Positions 1 through 15,900 of a stretch of DNA of 64,000 nucleotides are shown in pieces; the first letter of the stretch is position 1, and every line of letters starts with the position of its first letter. The stretch is from Lingula anatina. Taxonomy: Eukaryota; Animalia; Brachiopoda. A model generated the notes under the pieces. The model was not told the origin of the DNA. It saw only the letters and a program-made list of their open reading frames with translations, and ran no database searches. Where the stretch lies: positions 31,267,967 through 31,331,966 of the forward strand of contig CM120640.1 in NCBI GenBank assembly GCA_051362555.1, in the 5' to 3' direction. The translations under genes and the position numbers were made by a program.

Positions 1-3000
1 TCCACACATAATGCAAAAACTTTTATTCTTCCTTCTTCCACGCACATACTGGGGTACATAGTTGCACTAATTTTGATACAACCCTTGCGCAACCTCCAGA
101 ATAAAGTCAAATGTCATATTTTTTTACTTGAATCTGTTTTTAAATTGGTTTCTTTTGCTAAAATCTTCTTTTTACAAAATAGTTTGTACTCTTAGAGTGT
201 CGTATTAGACACGCTGAAGGGTTCAGAAAGAGAACTAGTTTTGGAAACAGATTGTATATATTCTCTTGAAATATTTTGCAAGTTAATTACTATCCTAACT
301 TCAGATTTTAACGCTCTCTTTCTACCGTTTCACAGCGATAGAAATCACAGTGCGCGATGATTGACGTTCGTTCATATCATATGCCAATCAAGCTGTTATT
401 ACTTGACAGCAACTATCAAAACTAACTGAATTTGATTGGCACCTTGTCAATCAAAAGATGTAGGAAGCTTGAACTAAACGCGTTACAAAAAGTCGGGTTC
501 TTTATTTCAACCGAGAGACTACATGGATTTAACAAAGTGAAAGAGTCCCCGGTTCTTTCACAGGCGTTTTTAATTGTACTAAAAATCAGTTGTAATTTTT
601 TTCTGACTGGATATGATGTAAAATGACTATACATGAATTGGCGTTGTTGTCGCTGTTTGTTGCTCCATAATCCTTTCTTTGTTGCTCGCACGAAATCGGT
701 ACTGAACATATTACTTTAATCATACTCATGTTCTTTTACACCCAATGAATATTTTTGGATCATTTAAATAAAAAGCGAATGGTTTAAAAGGAAAACCTTT
801 GTTATTTATTTTTCATGAGCTAGGGAGAGAAAAAATGCCGAGATAATGATGTTAGTGGCCTGGTAAATTAAAAAAGTGTCGGGGCGATAAGTAGCCCGTC
901 GCTGTATATTGACATGAGCGTGCATGAAAACTGTTGTTTTAAAATAAACTACACAATTAAAACTGCCAAATTAAAATTGAAAGGAATTTTATGAAATGTG
1001 TTAACGAGCTTTCATCTGCGATATATTGTTAGTACTCCATAAGTATTAAAAACTGATTTCAATAAAGTGTGAAAATTAATAAACTAATAGTGGAAATTCT
1101 TCAATTTATTGAAGTTGTTCGTTCAATATTATATTCTGTATTTCATCTGATTGGTAATTTTTTTTCATTATATATAAAATGGATACTACGCCGTATAAGA
1201 ATTAATTGGTTTACATGACAAAATCACAACATCAATGGCTTAACACTTTTTAAGACCTTTCCCGCCGTGCGTAAGCACAGACAGTACAACGCATGGATGT
1301 TGTGCTAGCGAGATCGCAGTACAGGCAAAACACTGCAGCCTTAGCAGTGGCGGGTTTAGGGGGGTGTCAAGGGGGTTTTCCTTCGCTTTCTGAAAAAAAA
1401 TCACACAATACTCCCCTTTTGATATTAGAATTTTGACTAGGCTAAGCTTAATAATAGTTCTAAACCGTACCAAATGGCACCATTCGCCCTCTAAATTACC
1501 AAAATTTTTCGATGAAATAATTCTGGATACACTATTGCAAAGAGATGCCTGCAACATTTCCTTTCTACAACCAGTTTCCCTGTCGCACAAATGAGGAAAA
1601 AAGGTCGCTGTGGTCGTAGAAAGGATGTTTGGTGGGATGTTTGGTCGGATGTTTTGGTTGTTTAGGATAAACTCCCCGTTCGAACCAGCATCTTACGTAT
1701 TTTCCAAAACACTGGATACATTTGACTACAAGGAGTACTTTCTTTTCAATAAATATGCATTTTAGTCATTCCAAACGTGTTTGAATATATATGTAGGGAT
1801 ATTTTGACAAACTTTCACAGTATTGTGGATGTGCAGATGTGTGTGTGTGTGTGTGGTGTGTGTGAGCACATGCAGGGGTGGGGATGGGGCAGTGGAGGAG
1901 GATCCAACAAAGATAATTTGGAAGACTGCCAGAAGATATCTTTGGATCCGCCCGACTCTTGCTGACTCAGGCCTACCCAACTACCAGACTCGGCACCGAA
2001 CGATCCTGAATTCACCGGTAGATCGGACCACACTACCCGTTTTCAAGGTGTGTCAGATCGCATTTCACAGTATCATACCCCGAACAAATTTTGAGTGGTG
2101 ATGCAATACTTTTCAACCTGCCTAAACATCACATTTAACTAAATGCAGACATATTGACTTGTGTGTATGGGCATGAGAAGTTAAAATGGCTTAAAGGACA
2201 ATAGACCCACAAAAATCCATTTCTCGAATTTTAAATATTCAGCACTCAATCTATACACTAGAGGTATGTTTTAATCGATCCCCGCCATTAAAAAATTATA
2301 AAAACAATCTTTTAGTCGAAAAAAAAAGCGTTTTAGTAAACCTCACCTCAATATGCATAAATGAAGCAACAGATCTGGGTCACGTGGTACTGTGACGACA
2401 ATGAGGATAAAGGTCTATGAGACTTAACTGAGCTGCATGGTGCATACAGACAATAGTTTAAGAAAGTTGTGTTGAACGGAATTGAGCAATTTTCCTTATG
2501 CCTCATTGTGTTGCCGTGGGAATTTCCCAAAATTGCAGCACTCCTTGACAATCTTTCTTTGTCTGTGACGGTCTTCCGTGACTTACTTACTAGACAATAC
2601 AATAGTTGCGCTGCTCGCGATCTCGGTCACCTCAGGTGTTTTAGATCATATCAAAAGCTGCTAGTCTTTTATCAGTTGGCAAGCTTGCTAATTGCTGATG
2701 CATTTTAAATGCATTGTAGTTGACCAAGAGCTCGTTAACAATAAAACCTGTTAATTATGCACTGTTGCAATTCCCAAGCCAGGTAATAACAGGTATCAAA
2801 CTCGTCTTGGTGGGCTTTCATATTTTTCAATATATCTCATTTATTTCATGGGGTTATTTTATTGGTATTTGTAAATGACGTAAAATATCAATATTTAAAC
2901 GATTAAGATCAAACACGGTCGCGAACATTAATAACAGAAATTCCTCTCAGGGTATCTTGAAGCATGCGTATGCCCAGGCATTACTTCCTTGGAAAAAAAC

Positions 3001-3209
3001 GTGTTGAGGAAAAACAGGAAAAAGAGCGTTATATTAAAGAAAAACTGGGAACTGCTGTAATAAAATGGTTCGTAATCCTAATACAGTTATGCTTTGAGGA
3101 TTTGTTTCTGAAGGTTATTTCTTCTGAAATATTAAATAATTTAAAAGGTTTATCATTTTATAACTTGAAAGGCAAGTTCTGCGTCTGTACGCAAAACTTT
3201 TTGCAGATT

Positions 3210-3870
3210 TGTAAGCTTTGTCAAACCCAAAAACATGTAGCAGATCAAGGTAAAAGAGAATTGTTTGCTACTGGTAGCATGGAAAAATCATTAATTTAAT
3301 GTGTTTACTAAATGTGCAGTTTTACGTACGTTAGTATATTTTAAATTATGCATGGAGATTTGACCTGGTAAGGGATATAAGAAAGCCACAAACGGATTTT
3401 TTAAAAAGAATGTTGGGTGTAAAAAAAGAGCACTACTGATAACTTAGTTTATTGTATATAACTTAGTATATTATGAAAAGCGGGAGATACCCAATTCTTT
3501 TAAGTATGAAGCTACAATTTTTTTAAATATATTGATTTAAATCCCCTCTTCGAAAAATTGTATTATAAAACCGTGCTATAAAGATCTACTGAAGAAAAAA
3601 TTTGCTTGGCTAAAATTAAGTACGGAATGAACTGGAGACCCTTGGCTTGTCAATAAGTTTTCACGAAAATATGTCAGATAACTTTATACTGTCCTTGAAA
3701 GAGTAAAGATTGAAAGATGATTTTAGACAAATAGACAAACTTTGACGGGGAAAATATCCACAAAGAGTAAAGGGCTATTGCGCCAACATCTTGTTGAAAT
3801 TTTTACACTGCAATTCTATTTAAATAAGCTAAGGAACTAATTGCCAAATTAAGACTTTCATCACATAACA
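3210..3870 (+). mobile_element. Decayed non-LTR retrotransposon (LINE, CR1/L2-group-like), ORF2 C-terminal fragment
   Basis: Frameshifted translation gives the motif series typical of the region after the RT domain: LCQTQKHVADQGKRELFA ... YVS.LNYA ... FLKRMLGVKK(S)TTDNLVY ... GRYPI ... NCIIKPCY ... RNELETLGL ... ELIAKLRLSSHN. Multiple stops and frameshifts. Confidence 0.75.
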
Positions 3871-5695
3871 GGGGCGTAACCAGACCTGCAAAAGTTGTAC
3901 ACACAGATTAAAGATTAAAATTACAAGTACGTACAGCAAAATGTAGACTAACGCAAAACATGAAGGACAGCGTAATCCCAGCAAATGTACCTCATATAGT
4001 AGCTTAATTTCCATTAATAAAAAAATCATCATTTAAGTCAAAAATATTCTCGCGATTTAATAAATATTCTAATTTACCCAGAACGGTTATTTATTTAAAA
4101 GGAGGCTAACTGAAATATAGTTTTATTATTTGTTTGTGAAAATTGCTCATGTCACGCTGTTAGTTTGGAGGTCTAAGATGGATCAAGTCCATGTTAAAAT
4201 TCCTATGAAGCTGTGCAGGAAAAATTCTTCCTTTGTTTCTCTAGCTCCTCGATAAACCTGGTGTTCAGATTTTATCTAGTACCCCCAGGTCTGCGGGAGC
4301 TGCTCTTTGAAACTAACGCACAGGTAGATTTTTACCTGAGATAAATATCGCCAGCGAGGGTGCGTTCGATACTCGCTACAGGAGAATTGAATGCCATTTA
4401 ACCCTCTAATTAAGAGGTAAAGGAAGTTCCAGTTAGATGGATGGTTAAGATAGGACTTGTAAAGGTAACGGGCATTGTTTACCTCAGTTTAATAAAAGTA
4501 TGCAAGACGGAGTGTCAGCGGTTTAATAAAATTAATTGAATTTCACAAATAACATGGACCTCATATGCAATAATCAACAGTACCTTTAAATCATCCAAAT
4601 GCAGTGTTTTATACAACTTGGGATAACCATAATTAAATGCTTGTTAAAGAATTGACTAGACGGGAAATGGTTTTACACAGCTTCACGAGGATTTAGACCC
4701 CTCGGGTAAGAGATTTGAATGAGTATAAACTTTTATCAGAAGCCAGAGAAGTCATCTTACAGGTAGACAATGCAGCTCAGTTTGACAGCTAAGCACACTC
4801 TGTTCTCCGGTGGCACGATTGTCGTCATCGGACCACGTAGCTCATTAACTCCCAGGCCGAGCAAATAGGACGTTTTTAAAGCCCAAAATTTACAAAATGA
4901 GCTTTTAATTTGTGTTGGATAAAGATATCGTTAGTTGGGCATGTTTTCTGAAGAATATGTTGCGTATGGCGCAAATCCTTTAAAACTCTACACCTCCAAT
5001 GTTTCTGCCAAAATCTACCTAGGTCTTCTCGTTTGATGTCAACTACTGATTTCTGGTCCAAAATTTGGTATATAAGAGGCCATTGGCCTTTTGCTTCATA
5101 ATCATAGGGACTAGTAATTGTCCTAAAATACACGTCAGATTCTAAAATGGGAATGTTCGGAACGTGTTGTATTTTAGCCATACAAGTGTGCAGGAAAGAC
5201 AGGTGCAGGTGCCTTTTATATATAGTCACATTGCGTCTGTCCATAAAACATTTTGTTCTCTTTCATTGTTGAACTGGTTGTTTACCGTTACTAGACTATT
5301 TTAATGTCACTGGTAATATCATTACTGACATAAGTGCCTGTCTATTTGACAGCTTTGCTGCCTTTTTTGATGTACACATTTTAAATCTGCCTCTAATATT
5401 TCAACAACTGAAACTGCAGCCATATAATTTCATGCTTTAAGTGTATTCACAATTTTTATTTGGTAAATGAACATTCTCAGGTCAATGTATATTAAATTTG
5501 ATGACAGTTATAAAACAAATGGAAGATTACTGGCTCAGTTTCATATATATTTGGTGGCTTTTATCTTGCAATTAAATAAGGATTTCTAAATTTTGTAAAA
5601 AAAAAAAAAAAAAAAAAATCAGTACTGGTATGTACATATTTACAAGAACAATGCTAGAGTTATGTTCAGAGCTTCAGGTCCTACTGATTTTTGAC

Positions 5696-9739
<4,044 letters not shown>

Positions 9740-9964
9740 ATCGACTTCTGATTTTATTCAATACCACGATGGAATTGATCCTTGTATTCGCCAAGTTCCT
9801 AAGGTTTTACGACCATGTGTTACGGAAGTGAAAATGGTATTGCTGCGCAAGTGCGCTAACCCTTGACCTCGGCACAACTGAGACTCCCAAACAAATCGAT
9901 ATCACCTGGCATGTCTCAAAGTTTAGAATTTACAAGGATAAACTACGTTAAATACGACGGCTAA
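9740..9964. promoter_or_regulatory. Bidirectional promoter / 5' UTR region between MAK16 and ADISSP
   Basis: Divergent start codons only 225 bp apart. ETS-type CGGAAGTG at 9823-9830 and a TGCGCAAGTGCGC (NRF1-like) element at about 9844-9856. Confidence 0.7.
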
Positions 9965-12900
9965 ATGGAATTCAAACACCATCATGGAGGTATATGTCTA
10001 TATATTTACATATTTACATTCAATGTGTCATCATGAGTTGTAGCAAGGTTATCCATTATTGGTCGCTTTTATAAATCTGGCTACATAGTTCTAAATTAAG
10101 GTAATTGCAGCACGAAATTCATGAAATCAAAGGCTTCAATAAGTGTTAAATGAAGACAAGTATGTGAATCCATCGGAGTGCGGAAGCTCTCAATTTTTAT
10201 CTTACCTCTCATCTCTTCAACCCGCCCACTTCTGAAAAGCCAGCCAGCTTTCCAATCATCAGAGCTTTGATTAGGGTAATTAATATCCATCTGCTTGTCT
10301 ACCAGCTACAGGTAGGTTGCTGGGTAAGAATTTACCATGAAAAACTCATACTTAACTAATTTCTTGTGGTAAACTGTATATTTCTCTAGCTGATCCTCCT
10401 TTTTTGACACTCAGCATAATCTGTACCAGGGGAAAATTATAAATTTTAGGAGTTATCAAGTTTGATTTTAAAAAACTTGATCTATACGCTTAAGATGTGT
10501 TTAAATTGATTATCTCCCTATAAACTCTATAGAAAGTAGAAAAAATGTGTTTCTAAACAGCCCACCGCAATATGCGAAAATGAAGTGACAGATGTACATG
10601 TAGGTGTCATGTGGCACTGTACATGATATGCAAGTGTGCTGATGGACCATAGAGCATCTGAGCTAAGAAACATATGGAAGTTTGGAAATCTGTGCTAACG
10701 AAGTAAAGACACAGACATTGTTATGTCTCAGTGTATGGCATTTGGGTGCACTAAATCAGGTGTCAAAGGATCTTTAGATGCGGCACCCACAAACCTGGAC
10801 ACAGTTTCAGTTTTTCAGTAATGCACAATCACATCCCTGTTTATAGCATTTATCTGATAAAATTGATAGAAAAGAATTACTTGGCTTCTGATATGTTCAA
10901 CAAGAAGTGGTCAGTCATTTAGAACTAAATTATAAATTGAAAAAAAAAAGAAAAAAATAATATATCCAAGAGCAGGGATGGGATGAACATTAATCCCTGA
11001 CTTGAGAAAATTTTCACAAGGAAAATTATTTTTTGCAGTGAAATCAATTTTATCCGGTATAGAGTACCTTTTGTCAATCTCAAATATGACTGTTCAATTT
11101 TTAATGAGTGGTATAATGGATTGCAATTGGTAATGTAAATTAGTTAAATCTTCTGATATTTGTTCTAAAAGACAGGCCAACTAATTATGCTTTGACTGTT
11201 TTAAAGATCACAGTAAGGTCTGCTTTACATCATAATTTTTAATATTAAGATAAAAAACTTTGTACATTAATTTGTGTAGACATCTCTTTCATTTTAGATA
11301 TAGAAAAGGGAGAAAAAGTTACCCTTTTTAAACTTGGAATTTTGAGAGCTGTAATGTGTGGTCCTTTTATTTTATTATTACTATTTTATTTATTTATTTA
11401 TTTTTATTTTTTTGCCACAAGAAAAAAATAGTTAAGGGTCTAGAAAATAAACCTGTAAATAAACAGCAAGAGATTCAGATGAAAGTTGCCCAAATTGTTT
11501 TGTATGTAAACCTGTACTTTGCAATGCTTGTGACAATTGTTTTTACATTCGTGCCAAGAAATTGTTGATAATAAGACACTCACAATCGTATACCGAGTGC
11601 TCCAGATCACACATGACAATTATTGTTTATGAAGCCTGCAGAACATATTTTTGTTTTACTTCATATTTACTGAGTGGCTAAGTATGTCAAAAAGCATTTT
11701 CCTTTAAAAAACATAATGATGGAATTATTTTTACAAAAGTTCATTATGTTTGATTTAATTTTTTTTTTTTTTTGCATGTATTTTGGCAGTGTTCACCCAT
11801 GGAATGCCAAACTATTTTGCTGTACCAAATATGTGTTGTGTGATTTTGCTTGGTAAAAAGGTTGCTTCCTTGGGGCCATTTTCACAAAAGATATTTACTG
11901 TAATGTTCTTCTTAAAGATGCATATAAAGTCAATTTTTTGCCACAAAAGCCAACCAAATGCCAGCATATAGTTTCAAGTAGTATAACTAAGAGAATTACC
12001 AAAAGGCATTGTATAATTTTACCTGAAAATAATGTTTGAACGGATTTTTCTGCTAGCATTCTATGCTGTATGTCAATGGGGCAGAAAAGTACGTAGGTCA
12101 CGAAAGTAGGTTAAATTTTTGACCCAAAATTAAAGAAAAGAGCAGTCTAAAGCTCTTTTACGGCTGATCGAGTGATTTATTCAGTTTATCCCTTCACATG
12201 TCGAAGTATAAGAAACTAATAGTATGAGTATAAGAAACTAATAGAAGTGGTTTATGTGTGTTAATTGGAATCCAAGCTCCACTGATGCTCGGTTCGTATG
12301 TACCTTTAAAATGTTTGGATGTACACTGTATGTAAGAGTCAAGCAGTGATAGACATCAGGTACTGTAGTAATGTTATCGGTTTTTATTCCCAGGATTCCC
12401 ATCTCATCAGCCAGGGGGTCATGTACACTTTCCGCAAGAACAAGTTGTCCAGCATGACTCTGAGATTGTCATTTGTCCTGAGGGAGACAGGACTCTTGGT
12501 GTTCATTTAGGTTTTTTACAACACAGACATCACTATGAGGTGGCCTTCACTATACAGGATGATCTGGGGGAGGATGTAGACATAGAACCTTCCCTACATG
12601 CTAGAATACTGGAAGTAATGCCTTCAGAAACAGGTAGATATTTCCTTTTAATAAATCAAATCTAAATCCTTTTTTTAAATTATTTAATTAAATAATAATA
12701 ATTTAATTTGCGACCATAAGTTGGATGGTACATTTGTAATATGTTTTACTAAAAATGGTAATTTTAAGGAAAATATGAGAAACTAGAGGATCAGAGAGGC
12801 GATACCGCCTCCAAATATTGTACCACCAGCTGGAGCAAACGCATTCGTATAGACCCCCACATACACAAAATAAGGGACACAGCCACCAGTTTTGTGCTTG

Positions 12901-15900
12901 ACAAGCTGTAAAAATGCAATCAACAAGAATTTTTTAACTATTGCAAAAAATATATATGGTACAATCAAATTTAAGTTCTTCGTGAGGTAGGTCAAGGGTC
13001 AATTTCAAGGTCACAGTAAATTGCCAGTATATGACTTCCTATTCAAGTTCAAGAGTAACTATGGACCTATCTCTGTCAAGTTTGAAGTTAAAAGAGAAAG
13101 AAATTAGCAGAGTTCAGTTCATGATAAAAAGTAGGTCAAAGGTCAATTTCAAGGTCACACTTAGATTGCCAGTATAGGACTTCCTATTCAACTTCAATAG
13201 TAACTATGGACCTATCTCAGCCAGTTTTGGAGATAAAAGGGAAGCAAAATTTGCAAAATTCAGTTCATGGTGAAAAGTAGGTCAAAGGTCAATCTCAAGG
13301 TCACATTTAGATTGCCAGTATATGACTTTCTATTCAAGTTCAATAGTAACTATGGACCTATCTCTGCCAGTTTTGGAGATAAAAGGGAAGCAAAATTTGC
13401 AAAGTTCAGTTTATGGTGAAAAGTAGGACAAAGGTCAATTTTAATGTCACATTTATAATGCCAGTATATGACTTCCTACTCAAGTTCAATAGTAACTATG
13501 GACCTATCTCTGCCAGTTTTGGAGATAAAAGGAAAGCAAAATTTGCAAAATTCAGTTCATGGTGTAAAGTAGGTCAAAGGTCAATTTTAAGGTCACATTT
13601 TGATTGCCAGTATATGACTTCCTATTCAAGTTCAATAGTAACTATGGACCTATCTCAGCCAGTTTTGAAGATAAAAGGGAAGCAAAATTTGCAAAATTCA
13701 GTTCATGGTGTAAAGTAGGTCAAAGGTCAATTTTAAGGTCACATTTAGATTGCCAGTATATGACTTCCTTTTCAAGTTCAATAGTAACTATGGACCTATC
13801 TCTGCCAGTTTTGGAGATAAAAGGGCAGAAAAGTTTGCAAAGTTCAGTTCATGGTGAAAAGTAGGTCAAAGGTCAATTTCAAGGTCACATTTGGATTGCC
13901 AGTATATGACTTCCTATTCAAGTTCAATAGTAACTATGGACCTATCTCTGCCAGTTTTGGAGATAAAAGGGAAGCAAAATTTGCAAAGTTCAGTTTATGG
14001 TGAAAAGTAGGTCAAAGGTCAATTTTAAGGTCACATTTAGATTGCCAGTATATGACTTCCTATTCAAGTTCAATAGTAACTACGGACCTATCTCTGCCAG
14101 TTTTGGAGATAAAAGGAAAGCAAAATTTGCAAAATTCAGTTCATGGTGTAAAGTAGGTCAAAGGTCAATTTTAAGGTCACATTTAGATTGCCAGTATATG
14201 ACTTCCTATTCAAGTTCAATAGTAACTACGGACCTATCTCAGCCAGTTTTGGAGATAAAAGGGAAGAAAAATTTGCAAAGTTCAGTTCATGGTGAAAAGT
14301 AGGTCAAAGGTCAATTTCAAGGTCACATTTAGATTGCCAGTATAAGACTTCCTTTTCAAGTTCAATAGTAACTATGGACCTAACTCTGCCAGTTTTGGAG
14401 ATAAAAGGGCAGCAAAATTTGCAAAGTTCAGTTCATGGTGAAAAGTAGGTCAAAGGTCAATTTCAAGGTCACATTTAGATTGCCAGTATATGACTTCCTA
14501 TTCAAGTTCAATAGTAACTATGGACCTATCTCTGCCAGTTTTGGAGATAAAAGGGAAGCAAATTTTGCAAAGTTCAGTTTATGGTGAAAAGTAGGTCAAA
14601 GGTCAATTTTAAGGTCACATTTAGATTGCCAGTATATGACTTCCTATTCAAGTTCAATAGTAACTACGGACCTATCTCAGCCAGTTTTGGAGATAAAAGG
14701 GAAGAAAAATTTGCAAAGTTCAGTTCATGGTGAAAAGTAGGTCAAAGGTCAATTTCAAGGTCACATTTAGATTGCCAGTATATGACTTCCTTTTCAAGTT
14801 CAATAGTAACTATGGACCTAACTCTGCCAGTTTTGGAGATAAAAGGGCAGCAAAATTTGCAAAGTTCAGTTCATGGTGAAAAGTAGGTCAAAGGTCAATT
14901 TCAAGGTCACATTTAGATTGCCAGTATATGACTTCCTATTCAAGTTCAATAGTAACTATGGACCTATCTCAGCCAGTTTTGGAGATAAAAGGAAAGCAAA
15001 ATTTGCAAAATTCAGTTCATGGTGTAAAGTAGGTCAAAGGTCAATTTTAAGGTCACATTTAGATTGCCAGTATATGACTTCCTATTCAAGTTCAATAGTA
15101 ACTACGGACCTATCTCTGCCAGTTTTGGAGATAAAAGGAAAGCAAAATTTGCAAAGTTCAGTTCATGGTGTAAAGTAGGTCAAAGGTCAATTTTAAGGTC
15201 ACATTTAGATTGCCAGTATATGACTTCCTATTCAAGTTCAATAGTAACTATGGACCTATCTCTGCCAGTTTTGGAGATATAAGGGACTATATGTTATAAT
15301 TTTGGAGTTACCATAATGTGCCTTAAATTTCGTACAGAAAAAATTAATTAAAATAAAGAAAATGTCATTTTGGTCAAAATACTTGAAATAGGAGGTGCTC
15401 TGAAGTTTCAGAAGTTCAAATTTGATGAAATAATGTCATTTTTGAACACAAGTTGTCTGCTTTGCCAAGCCTTATGTTTTATTTTTCCAGAGTTCAAAAT
15501 TTATTATCCATTACCGTACTGCACATTTTGCTTTTACCACCAATATGTACTTTTTGATACAGCGTAACTCGAAAACCGTATGGAATACAAAAAAACCGAG
15601 ACCACCTCCAGTGTTGGGCTTTACATGCTCTACAAAATGCAAAAAAGAATGGGTCTCTAGCATTAACGGTTCCCGAATTAGAGACAGTTTTTAGTTTCGG
15701 TATCTTATGGCCGCTACTCCCGTGAAAATGCACCTATTGACCCCAAATTCATGGAGATGAAAGATGACCTGAAGGGTAACACTTTCCAATAATATTATTG
15801 GTTAAGTCTGTGTGGTGTCTGAATAACAGGGCAAAAAAAAATTTTTTCGTAAAAAATTTCATTTTTTTGAAAATTTTGGCCCATTTGACCTTGAAGTAGA

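Noticed and set aside
422-2708. Short ORFs at the window start
   Set aside because: No recognisable domains or consistent splice structure. The region has a TG microsatellite and fragments resembling MITE or DNA-transposon ends that I could not delimit.
12985-15285. Regular repeat array as a CRISPR array, or as repeated protein-coding ORFs (MVKSRSKVNFK...)
   Set aside because: Units are contiguous 146-bp monomers with no unique spacers, there are no cas genes, and the context is a eukaryotic intron. The ORFs are by-products of the repeat period.
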